From: Lingula anatina
Lineage: Eukaryota > Animalia > Brachiopoda
Reading direction: 5' to 3'
DNA length: 64,000 bases
Assembly: GCA_051362555.1 (NCBI GenBank)
Contig: CM120642.1
Coordinates: 14,260,001-14,324,000 of the forward strand
Shown in pieces: positions 13,501 to 27,000 of the stretch. The notes beneath the pieces are model-generated. The model ran no database searches, was not told where the DNA came from, and worked only from the letters and a program-made list of their open reading frames with translations. Numbering within the stretch: the stretch's first letter is position 1; every line of letters starts with the position of its first letter. Made by a program: the position numbers and the translations under genes.

Positions 13501-16500
13501 ATTATAAAACTGTTGGAAATTCCCAAATACCTGTTGAGTGGCAATTTGAGTGCTTGGAAAGTTTACTCCGTTTTTATCATAGTACCTGCATGAACTTTTG
13601 ATTCATAAACATGATTTGGGCTTATTTCCAGAAACCCGGGCACAGTATTTTATGCTTTGGATTAGACTGGAAAGTGATAAATTATTACAGCATATTGCAA
13701 TCTGGTTTTATTTATGGACCTGTCTGTTTTGTAAGTTGGTAAACTATTACATTGCAGTAACAATTCTGAAAAATTGCTTTCTCAGTTAATTGTTTTTCAC
13801 AAACCTTCTTCTGGTTAAAGATGGGATTCATTCGATAACTCTCTCTCGTTTCAAACGTAGTCAACTTTAGGAATTACTTTGATAGTCATTTCATGGCCAA
13901 TGGATCTTAAAGTTATCAAAGTACATCCAAGTTAAAGATATGTAGAGAAACATGATTTAGAGATTTGAAAAGTGAATTTGGAAATAAAATTAAAGAAGGT
14001 ATTTGTGATATAAAGGGAAAAATTGTGCAACAGAACTTCAGGAACTGAAACCTAAAAATATATAATTGTTTCCAGAGGCTTTATATCTCCAGTCATAATG
14101 CAGCTGAAACTTGTGAAGGTGTGTGTGTGTATGTGCATGTGTGCACATGCATGGGGTTTCTTGGGAGGTTAAACTTTTTGTCTGTTTTTGGTTGAAATAA
14201 TTGTTAAAATATTGTGCAGTATGGCAACTCCTGCAAGGTAGGCTGATGTGGTTATTAATTCAATAGTGGTAAAGAGGGAAGGGAGTGAGAGGGATTGCCA
14301 GGTTTCAGCAGTCAATAAAATAGAATAGAATACAGATGTCTTTGATGAGTTACAGATCCCATTGGTTACAGTATGGAGGGAAATCAAGGTGAGCTTTTGT
14401 TCCATCCCTGGATGCGGCCTAGGATGGAAAAATACTATTTACAATAATAAAATGCAATTTCAGTGTTTTAATGTCTGTCATGCTGGTCAGATGATGTTTT
14501 CATTTAAAAAAAGGTGGCTTGTTATAAATGAACATCAAGGCCCAGACTGACAGACATGACAAGGGGGAAATAAATTAGGTTTGAACATAGCACGGTGATA
14601 AAGGGGCTGGTCTCATGCAACAAGGGAGGGAGATGTTAAGAGAACTTAATGGTTTTTGATTTATAACTGGTGGTGAATATCTACTGTAAAATGCCACTGC
14701 TTAAGCAGGCCCAGGGCATGTCTTAGGTGCCCCAGACTGCACTGCAGGGGTGGAAACTGACTGATAACATACAGGTCACTTCTCAGTCTATTTTATCAAT
14801 ATCAATACCAAGATGTAATATTATTAAGAGACACTGTTTCTGCTGCCAAAGTGACACACAGCAAATAGTAGCGAGTTTCCGGTGCAGTTGGGATACGACG
14901 GCTAGATGTGCAAATGTATCCAGTAACGCGCTACTCTTTTCACGTTCCGGTAAAGTCCCGGAATGCTGGCGCTTCCCGCCATAATCACAATATACGGTCG
15001 TAGCCATCTATTTCCAAGGGAGATATTCTTTTTTATGAAAAAGGAGACAAATATTACCCAAAAGTGCAATTTTTCCCGAAAAAAAGAACCCCACGATCAA
15101 CCCCTGACTACGTGCCTGATAAACCAAAACTAGCGACTCCTCTCTCTTAAAAAGTCGGAATTTGCATGAACATACATTTGAACTATTGTAAAAAAGTATA
15201 AAAGGCAAAATTAGCAAAAATTACATTTAATAACTATTTTCAATAATCCTCCGCACTGGCTAGATAGGAGCACTTGTATTCTGGAAACTAGATAGGACGA
15301 CGGTATATGAACACGGTGAATGTCACAAGTGCGCACAAACCGATGACGTATTAATCTAGCCGGCGTATCTCACCGGCAACGGAAACTCTAGTGTAAATGG
15401 GAGCTGGATACTCTTCTTGATCACATACACACACACTGTGACTGTGAGTTAAAGCACATGGTGCAATATGGTTAACTTGATCACAATAGGGGGTTTGTCG
15501 TGTGGCATCCAGGTCTACAAAATAAAGATATGAAATAATTTGCTGTGGTGGCAAAAAAGATAATGTGTGATAAAGATTCTGATAAATGGACTATCAAAGG
15601 GAAAAAGGCCAGATCAAATCTAGAGAAGGCCATGATCTCTTAATGATGAGGAGAGAAAAAAACAACAAGAGATGGAGAGATCTGATGCTCGGTGCAGGTG
15701 TCCAAATGAAATAGGGGCTTTGTGTTGGGGGATAGCGTGTGTAGAGGAGTAAATGAACAGTTGTCATGATGGGCCCAGGAACAATTGATCCACAGGAAAG
15801 AAATAGATCTGGTGCTTGATTTAAACATTCTTATTTCTTGTTGAATTGAAGAGATGATGCATTTGTGGCTTATCTTCTTTTGAAATGCTTCATTTATATT
15901 TTACATTGTTGATAATGTACCAAGGAAGAGAATACTAAGTAGTTGTTTATGGATTTTTGCTGTCTGTAATGGATCATGTGTGACTAAGTATGAGAACCCT
16001 GTTGTACTGACTGTTTTAGTTCATGGAGATATTTATGTCTATGCCTTATGGGATTTTCATTAACCCCCCCCCCCCCAATCTGAAAAAGAAATATTATTTA
16101 AAGGTGCAAAAATAACAGCAATACTCAATTCTATTTAAATAAGTTAATTACCGTAGCTGATCTTGTCCAAAATATAAGAGCTCAAGTAAATCTAAATACA
16201 TTTTCTTGAAATAGACATATCTGCAAGGGGTTATCAGAGTACTTACAAATTTTATAGATGCAGAGTTCTTTTAAAAGGTTTTATTTTTGTAGCATGCATT
16301 TGTGACAATATCATTTTAGTGCCCGTCCAGTATCTGGACATATTTATTTCTATTTATACACAATGACCATATTTTGGTCAAGGAAGTTTTCTAAATATAC
16401 TGTGAAAATAGTGTACAGGAATACCAAATTTGACTAAAAATAAGTTAATTTGCCCATTACTACTAAAATAAAGAGTAATGCTTAATGTGTACAAATATCA

Positions 16501-17954
16501 AGTACTAAAAATACCTACAAATTACCTATTTGATGGATTTGGACATCACTCAAATTTTATCATCACTGGCTTTTTTTTTTTTTTACTTGAAATGATGTGA
16601 TGATGTTGCTTTTTCTGGTATCAGCATATTATTTCTTTAATTAGATACCATTACTGTGTTTTAGACAAGGAAGTTGTAAAAGTCTGAAAACTTTATCAAT
16701 TATATGGGGGAAAAGTCAGTTCGTTCATGCTTTACCAGGAAAAACTTAATATATTTGTCATGTTTGTTACTTCCTGGAACTTATATTTTTTTTACGTTCT
16801 GAAACTTACATTATACTTGATGAACTTTCAGAACTTGCTATATTCAAGTTGTCTGATACCAAATTGGTTAATACCCTAAGTTTGTACCTAATACTACGGG
16901 TTGTTTGGTATGGTAGCAATCCCCTGGCACTGTAAACATTCCCTTCACAATTTGAGGAACAATTTGATTCCCCGTTCCTTTAGATCATCCCAGTTTTCCT
17001 CTGTAGAAAGATGAGAGCAAGGTGTTGCAATAAAACTTTGTATATCCTAGTGGTTTCCCTGTTAGAGATGTGTGGCCCTGATTACTAGAGGTGTGTTTTT
17101 GTGTTTCGGTTGGTTCAGACAATTCTTACTTTGAACAGAAAATTAGTCAAAAATGCACTGCTGGGTGGTCAGATTTATTCAGAGATTTTGGTGGATGGAG
17201 CATAGTGAAGGGTTTCTCTATCAACCATCTTCAACACAGAGAGAACTGATTGTGCCTGATTTTCCAAGTCTTAGTGAAAATTGTTTGATAGATTGGCGGG
17301 GTATTTTACCCATATGCCCTAGTCTTATTCTAAATCATGTCTGAACGTGGCTTCTTTGACCACTGCAGACTGTTGGACAAACAAAAATCTGGCCTCAGAA
17401 TGAAAGGGAGCATGGAAAACAGCAGATCAATGAAAGGCAGATGGACTAGACTGTGAAAAGCTTGCTGGATACAAATTACATGTCTGCCACTAAAGGTGCC
17501 TGGGTACAAGTTATAAATACTCAGAAAGTTCCTGATGCATTAATACTTTAAATCTGCATATATCTGGTCATAGAGTTTGAAGGACAAAGAAACGGGTCAA
17601 AAGTGTAATCTCTTAGAGAGTCTTAATTGATAAAATCCTTACCAGTGGGTGCACATCTATGTTCCAAAGGTTCGATATTCAGAAGTTTTGCTATTCTGAA
17701 ATATATGTACAGGTACAGATAGAGCACAAAGATATCAAACAAAGTAAGGTAATTGCCAGTGGGTATTAATGTCATTAAAGGCAAAGGGTTACTTGCAAAA
17801 AGGAACAGTTGATTTTTTCATTGTGCTTTAAGCATAATTACAACAAAGCATAGGAGGGTCAGTTACACATTATATTGTGTTGTTAAGTTGTACCCTTAGT
17901 TGTCATCGCAACAAATTACTCATCCCCGAAATCTGTGCAGATTGCCCCCCCCCC

Positions 17955-18010
<56 letters not shown>

Positions 18011-21000
18011 AGCAAATATGAAAGATTCTTTTAAAAATGTGTCTGTCTGTGCTTGCCCTGACTGTGCAACTAATGCAGATACCACATCAATAAACTTTTT
18101 TTGAATACCGAACATTTGGAATAGCAATTTTTCTTCGGAAAAGCAAACCTTTGGAATAGCAGTCAGTTTGAGATTAGTCTCCATTAGTTTTTGGAATAGC
18201 AAGCCTTCGATAGAGAACTTTGGAAACATACAGCTCACTAGCAGAAGTCTTGAAATTTCTATTTTTATTTAAGGTAGCTAAATTGGTTCAAAAGATGCTT
18301 ATATTCTGATTGATGTATAAGGTAATATCATGCACCCTGATGGAAACAGTTACTTCAAAAATAATTGAAATGAAACGCACTTAATATACTTTTTATAATT
18401 CTAAAACATTTACCCACCTAACATTGCTGGCCCAAAACCTGTCTTGACCACTAATAAGAAAAAGAATGCTGTTTCCAGAGCTACAAGGGAACTAAAACTG
18501 TTGGAGGCTAGAGTTCTAGAAACCCCCAAAACTCACAATGGGTCAGGCACCTATTGGAATACAGATTCAGGGGTGTCTTAAAACTGGTGTGCAGAGAAAA
18601 ATGGTTCTTTACTTTAAATTTTACCATTTGACACCTTCCAGGCCCTTTCCAGATGCTCTTGCCCCTAAACATATTGTAATTTTATTGATTTGTAGGCTCT
18701 ATCTCAATGGACTGAACCCTCAGTCTTTTTTTTTTTTTTTAAGTTGTAAGATTTTTTTTTTGCTTTGAGGATTTTGCTTTGTGTTTGAGGAGGGTTATAC
18801 CTATACACAGTAGTTTTGTTGTAGGTTTTGAGAAAAGGCACATGGTTCCATCAAAACCATTGGTTATCCTCAATAAAAATTCCTGTTTTTGAAGAGTGGC
18901 CTTGGTGAGAGGATCATTCTTAAAACTGAATCACCACACACAGCACTGGTTGAATGAAGAAGTGTTAAATTGAAATGAACTAAGTAAGTTAACTGATTAT
19001 ATCTTAGACAATGACAATTTTAGAAAGTCAGTGTAAGTTCACACACAGACAATCACATGCACACACGCACATACAAACACACACACACATGGGAGATATG
19101 AGAGTTTGCCCTGTTCTTTTTACTAGTCACGTAGTTGAATTAAAAAGAAAAAGATTTATCTGCCAGTCTCCAGTAAAGATTGAAATCCATAACCCTTGTC
19201 CCTTATCCCTTCTCTCTATGGATTTTTTCAAGTGAGGTAGAAACAATTCTTGGAGATGGTGAAATAGTCATAAAACATTTTGTCTATTTGTCCTTAGGGA
19301 AGGGAAAAGAATTCCATCTACTTGAAATATGCATGTCAGTCCAAGAATGTCACCATATGTTCTTGTATTTTCACATCGAATTTTTTCTCAGTCTGTACAA
19401 TAGCACATTTCATGATTGCTCTTTATCAAGAATAAAGCCATGAATATATGATGATGTTGTGACTGGAAACAAGTTGTTGAGTGTTAAGTTTTTGATTTGA
19501 GAAAGCAAAAGGATCAATGCTTTCCTATCTCGCCTCTTGGTACCAGTGATAAGGCCATTAGTTCCCCAACAGCGTGCATTTGCTCTTAATGAATTAAATT
19601 GATATTTATGATAACAACATCTGTTTTAGACAATTAACAGACCAATGGTAGAAAAGTGGATATTTTCTTAGTAAAGCATTTCTGGTTATTTGGTAACAAT
19701 TGGAGAATTGTCCAAAGCGCGGGTGGCAGTGGCCGCAAGAAATACAACACATGTTCTCGTGAATTGAACAGCTATATTTCATTTTGTCCCATTTCTGAGG
19801 TGAAGTCTTGGTGCTTGAAGCGCTGCAAGGCAGATTAGTTCTGCACGTTGCCGCCGCTTCTTTTACTGCACGCCAACCATCGTGTGATAACTAGGCCTGA
19901 AAAACAGTAGCAGAACACCAGTTTTTCCCTGAACTGTTTCACAACAGCCTTGGGCAATGGTTTCCAGATTTTTCTGATGTTACATCTCAGGATGGATTTA
20001 ACCTCCCCCCCCCCTCCCCTTCACTCTCTCTGTACTTAGGTGTAGAAATTTGTCAAGCCTTAAAACATTTGACAACCAAAATTTTTACAATGTGTCCGAC
20101 CCTACCTTACAGAACTATGTATACATCCTCATAGGGGTGGGGGGAAAGTAAGATATTCTGTCTGTAAAATATTCTTCAAGTATCCAGTAGCCATGATGGT
20201 ATGCCTAAGTCCTGGTTGGTATTATTCTTAAGAAAACACAAACCAATTGCTTCCAGTTGTGAGTAGTTACGGTCCCATTGTTTTAATACAGTCTTTGGCT
20301 GTTGAAGCCTCAAGCCTTTTTTAGCGCCATGTAAATTCAAAAAAGTAAACTTTGCTACTTGGAGCTATGCTACACTAATAGGTTTAAAAGTATTAGATTA
20401 TCTGGAAGCTGGGAACTTTTTACCTACAAAAAAACCTTTCAGTCAGATTGCTTCTTTCTTTCCTTTTTTTTGCCATTTGTTATGCAAGATGACCATAAAA
20501 ATACCTAATAATCTTGTAATTGATTTTTTTAGAACTCTCTGTATGCAGTGTTTGGCATGGTTATCAGTTATCAGTTTCATTCAGTGATTGCATGAAAGAA
20601 AGTCCAATGTCTGCCCCCCTCCCCCCAATACAAAAAGAATGAAATGTCAGCCAAGTTCACATGCTAATATTTAATCACAAGATAAAGAGAGATAGGCGGA
20701 GTTCTTTGATTTTTTAATTTACATAACCTCATTGTCCATTTTCCAGGTCCATTAACCACATTGTGTAATTAAGCTGTCTGTAAATAGAGTTTGAACATAC
20801 AGATATACCAGAAACTATAACCACTGATATTTCATCTAAAAAACCAAACCAGCAATGTTGGATGAGGCCCCAATCACTATGAGGTCAAAGGTGTTGTATG
20901 TTTTTGTTAGGGTGTGGATGGGGCGTATTCATTCCCACACAGGGATATTTTGCCATGAAAGGTGATAGTAAGATAAAAGGTAGACCAAGGTCAAGGGTAG

Positions 21001-24000
21001 GCCCTCCCCTCCACAAGCCCATGAACTTCAATGGCCTGATACTGGGGTAAATTGTACACCAGGGTCCTTTGGAACCAGTAAGCCTGGGAATATAGAGGAA
21101 TGACCCAGTTACTGCCCCACCCTTTTTATTATCTTTTCTGAAGAACACAATTTCATGCAAATGAGTGCATGTGCAGATCTGCAGATTACAATCAGTCATG
21201 TACATTCTCAGAAAAATACATGGCAGGTTGAATCCCACATGCATAGCTGCACTTAGGTATGCATGAAGAATGTGCATGCATACTAGACTGATAGACACAT
21301 GCATGTTTATACATGCTGGTGCATGCACACAGTGACACTCAAATATCTACCACATTTCCCTGATCATCACATATCTGGTGCAAGTGTGACAAGTGCCCTG
21401 TGGGAGAGCAGCAGTGATTATGTTGTAATAACCAGCCCACTCTGCTCTCCATGTGATAAATGCCTCCAATATGACCTCAATGATGGAATGATAATGTCAG
21501 TGTGTGTATTAATGAGACAGTAATGAGACAGTAGTGTCTTCGGTGATAAATGCACCTTCATAATCACTAGCCATGCCTTTGCGTGTGGTGGCATGCTCGC
21601 CACTTCTCTTCACCACATATTAATAATGAACTTTTTTTTTCCTGGTTCTGTTTCAAGTGTGTAGATCTTAGCTCAATCTAGGTCTGGTTATATTTTCCTT
21701 CAATTTTCAATTATCTAGTTAAATTTGAAACTGATTTTGGTATGTCATAAAATTCTTACAAATTGAGCAGGTTGTATCACACGTATGTCAGGTAGTTATT
21801 CTTGGAAAATGATCCACCTTAGAATGACGCATCAAGGAAGTACTTCTTTTCTGTACATTTACTAATTGACCAATGACAGATGTCTTAAATACCTGTTATC
21901 TCTAAGGTATCCAATTATTTCTGGGTGGGGATTTCAAATTATGGTTAAGTTTTGGGTAAATCAAAGTCAATGTATTTTAATATTTTTCTGTTATCATTCA
22001 ATATCAAATTCAAAATAATTTTGAGGCGTTTATTGAAGTTATAACTCCAGGCTGAACAAAGAACAAATTATGTTTTCACTTGCTTACTTCCCAGGGTTAA
22101 CTGATTTAATTGCTCTTTTAATGTAAATATTAAAATATGGGACCACAAGTTCCCATGCTATCTGACCAATGGACTGACCACTCATACCACTGATCATTAA
22201 ACAAGTCAGCTCCTGACCTTTGCTTGGTAAGGGTAATGAGAGACTGCATGCAACTGTGGCTGCAGTCCTATTATCCTGTACAGGTAGGTACAGTTTGTAT
22301 CCTGGGTCACCTTGGATAGACTTTGCTAGCCAGGAAGGGGGTTTGGTACCTAAATTATGCTTGCATTTCCTTTGTTCTGAGACCAGGAAAATGATTACAG
22401 AGCAATTTAATGGTTAGGATGGTTAGGGTAGTGAACTGTGGGTCTGGTTTGCTCTGGGGATATTGTTTTCCTGATTCCTAAAAGCTGATGTTGTTGGAAA
22501 GAATGATGTTCACCCAGACCCCCCCCCCCAGTACCCCAGTACCTCTACAAATACTTCTCAGCACCCCCCCCCCACCCCCACCCTCAGCAGTCTCTTCTTG
22601 GTTAACACACTGACAGGGAGTCTGCTTTTCTTTTTTTTTTACTGCATGGAATAAAAATTTGCCAAGAGCTGTTTCTTAATTTTTTGCAATACTTGATACT
22701 TTGAACATCTAAGATGATTATTCACACATATGGGGGAGATGTACCAGTGGATATGCTTCAGGTGATGTATAAGGTATGCAAGACTTGTTGCTGGAATTCT
22801 TTTTGATATACCATTGGGTGTTTCATTGGCATTTTGATAGATAATAAAAAACGAGAAAGAGCCAAATAGCATATTTTCCAATTTTTTTTTCTGTACTTCC
22901 ACTATTTTTTATTCTCCAGTCATGATCGGAGAATCTTTGATACCTTGTCTTTGTAGTAATATATGTGGTTTTAGGAAACACTATTAATTATGTGAAGCTA
23001 TGCAGGTTGGCTGCTTTTGTCTTATCTCCTTGCCCTCTTGTGTGTGGATTTGAAATTTTGGCAAGTAAATCAATAAATTTGACAAGGAATGTTTGTCAAG
23101 TTATCAATATAGTCAATAAATATGATTTTTTTTCCTCCCAATATTAACCCCAGAACTTGTATGGAGCATGGAATTGTATACTTGTCTTACCTGTGACCAG
23201 CTGTGTCAGGTGTTCCCACACTTTGTCTATATCATGTTTAACTATGGTGATGCATTGTCTGAAAGCACTTCCTATGTCTTATCCCCGATTGCTTACCCAT
23301 CTGTGTGTCTGTGTGTGCACTTCTGTACCTGATCCATAGTCTTCTACTTGGGTCTTTAATATGTGTGCGTGTATCAGTGAGAATGTTGGGAGTATCAAAA
23401 AGGCAGTGCTAATAGGCTACCCTGTAACATTTGTCAGTGGTGATATGTCATGTTGGAGAAGTGGTTTCAGTGAGAAGACAGACCACTTAGGAATGGGGTT
23501 TTGCTGAGATTTGACAGCATATGTAACAATACACTGTGTCAGTGTCAAAGTCACTAAAAGCGACTGAATACAACTTGCTATTAAAATGCCGAAGACTTTT
23601 GTGGGTTGTTGTTTTTTCATTCTCTTTTTATTTTCTTTATCACAAAAGGTCCTGGGTAATTCAACTCACCACATCAAATGAAACCGATGCTGTCTAGGAT
23701 CCCCCCTTAAATGAGTTATTAAGGTGATGATAATGATTTGTTTTACAATTTTGCCATTGTTGGGAACTGATGGCAAAGGCACTGATGCACCTGAGACATG
23801 ATAATCAGTGATTAGAATGCTCCAGGTCTCTCTGCCCTACAGTGGCAACAATTGGTGATCGAGAGCATCCTATGATCATCATAAGTTTAACTTGATTGTT
23901 CCAATAAGATGGATACAAGACTGGAATGTCATTCAGGTAATCTGGTTAAAATTGTGACAGACATGCAAAAGGGGGTATTGTTTACTTTAGGTTAAAAAAA

Positions 24001-27000
24001 AAAGAAAAGAAAAAATTAATTTGACTGAAGTTTTATTGTAAATCTATTATTATCAAGTTCTAGTGTGTTGTTAGACCTTTTAGAGCAATTTGTGAATGTA
24101 TGTTATATGGATATACACACACACTTTTACAAACATTTGCACAAACACAAGCACCACATGCCCACATACTAAATATTGAAAAAGAGTTCTTTCCTCTAAA
24201 CCAATATAACATATCATGTCTTAACCATCAGTCACATTGGGTGTTCCTGGTGACAGACAGGCCTTGTTTTCTATGATGAAGTGGTAAAGCTTCTGTAGAC
24301 ATAACTGTGATACCATTTGTTTTTTGTTGAGTTTCAAGAAGCTATAGTGATGACACCATGCCATTACCGCCTACAGAACAAAGCTTTGATGTTGGGGATT
24401 TGACATTTTAGGTTTGATCACAGAGGGTTTGCTGTTGTTTCAGGTGTAGTGTCTATGTTTATGTTGGAAAAAATGAAAAAAAATGATGCAAAACAAGAAA
24501 AAGAGAAAAGAAAGAGGCACACTTTCAGTTTTTTTTCAAGCGAAGTTGCTTGTTGGACCTGCTGGTTTTCCTACAGTTTGCTTTATTTGACCTTAAAGAA
24601 GAAGAAGAAAAAAAAATGGATAGGAAATGACAGGTCAATAATGGCACTGATTATGCAGAACAGATCTCTTTCAGAACAATGAAATGGTTGCAGCAAATTT
24701 TGTCTCAAGGAATTTGCAAGAAAAATTGTTGCTGCAGATTTTCTGCAAATTTTTTAGAGCATCTGAAGTTTGCAGCAAGCTGACAAGACAACTGACAACT
24801 CTTCATATTCTTTCAAATTTGCAGCATACCTCATTTGGATGGTAAAATTCCTTCTGGCACATTTGCAGCAAATTTGTGAGAAGACTTCGCTTCAGGCCTG
24901 ATATTTTGTTAATGAGAGAGAGAAAAAATCTTTCTCTTTGAGATGTAGTTACATTTTCAATCTGTCATTGTGTTGTAATTGCTGCTGGAATTACAGGCAA
25001 GATTCCAGTATCCTAAGCTCTCTCATCAGTGTCCAGAACACTTCCAGGCAGACAAGATAGGTTGTCTCTTGTAAAAATACCCTATTACTCATCACCATGA
25101 TCTTTACATTTACAAGTAGCATCATCTCTACTAATGAGGCATCGTTATGGGGGTTAACTGATCTTTTAAGATTACTCCACACGCCCTTTGATGTTTGTCA
25201 TTTCTATATTCATATTTCACCGGACATAATTGAAAGAGTAATTGGTTTATTACAGGTTGATTAAATCCAGTCCTTAGTGTTTCAAGTGGTATCTGTCACA
25301 GTGGCTTGACAAAAGGAGGGAGAAGTTTAATTTAAATGTTGTTAAGGATGTTCCTCAGATGACGGTATTGCTTCCTATTCAGTCATGACTGGCAGGCTGA
25401 ACAGATTAACCTGGAATTCTCTTTTATCTGTGGCTTTGGAAAATCATTTCAAAAATTGAAAAAATTTCCATAAAATAAATCTGTGACCTGCATTATTTGG
25501 CCTCAGGTATTTAATGGAAATTGTAATTAAACAAAAGGCAAAATAAAAATTTTATGGACGTGTCATATATATATATATTTTTCTATAGGCTTCTTCACAA
25601 TGAAACTACTGTTTCACGAAGATAGATCCATTTCCGTGGGGACTTTCACTGAATCCAAGAAGTTTAAGGCTTCGTTCACATGCAATGTCTATTTTCTAAA
25701 TTCTATTTTCTATTTGCGGTATGTCTTATGATCACGGTCTGTGGCCTGAATATCCCGCGGCGTAATTACTGGCAGCGCGAGCCAGTTACTATAAGTTACT
25801 ATAAGTAACTGGCTCGCGCTGCCAGTAATTACGCAGCGGGATATTCAGGACACAGACCGTGATCATAAGATAGCGCAAATAGAAAATAGAAATTAGAAAA
25901 TAGACATTGCATGTGAACGAAGCCTAACATATTAATATGCCTCCTCTTGTTTCCAACATACTTACATAATCACCAACTTTTTTGTTTTCTACTCAACACC
26001 AGCAGGAGGTGTGTTAATCTGATTGCATTCAGTGAGAGTCCCCGAGGAATTGGATCGATCTAGGTAAAGGACCCTAACTAAGTCATCACATTATTCAAAC
26101 TGGTGTTTCATTTTAGGTTGAATGACAGTCTCCATGCAAGTCTAAACAAAAAGTACTTATTCCAACAACAACAAACAAAAGAATAATATTGTAGGATCAT
26201 TTGAAATGAGTTGCACCCTAAAACGTGGTATCATGTAGATGGATTATGTCCTGATAATACCGAAGTGTTTCCCTTACATCTTCATGGTTAACATGCAGGT
26301 CTTCAACTGCAACCACAACCAACTAGAACTTGTTCCAAAGATGAGATGGTTCAGTGGAGGGTGTGGATGGGGATGAAGATGTGATTTGAGCAATTAAAAA
26401 AACTGACAAATTATATTGTTTTTTATATAGATACATAAAGAATATACCAGACTTGAGCTTTTTTCTGTGGATAAATGGAATTCCGTTTTTTAATTCAATT
26501 CTGATGGTTCCTGAGATTTGCCAAGGTTAGGTGTTGGGCCCCATGATAAATGTTCAGAGGTTTTTCTTAAACCTAGGCTCATGTCTGATATACACAGACT
26601 TTTTCTGCAGAAACATGGAATTCCACGTTTTTTAATTCAATTCTGATGGTTCCCGAGATTCCCCGGCCTGTTAGGTGTTGGGTCCCATGATAAATGTTCA
26701 GAGGGTTTTTTTTTTTTTTAAACCTAGACTCATGTCTGTATACAGGTGTAGGGTCCACAGCCACAACCCTGCTATCAGTCCCCTTTTCCTGAAGTAGATA
26801 TTACAGAAATTGAAATGAAGTTAACTTCCGAGTGAGCCTTCAGGCCTGTTCCCATCAGAGATGGGCCAACCTGACAGACAGGCAGGACCTATGATTGCGA
26901 TTATCTCACCAGAGGGAGCAAATCTAATCACCCTTCTGTCCAAAAAGCTCCATTGAAATTTTAATGTCATGTATTGCTTGATTATTGTCTCCATAGTTGG

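Noticed and set aside
17877-18238. Poly-Lys and poly-Phe ORFs
   Set aside because: Translations of the poly-A tract.
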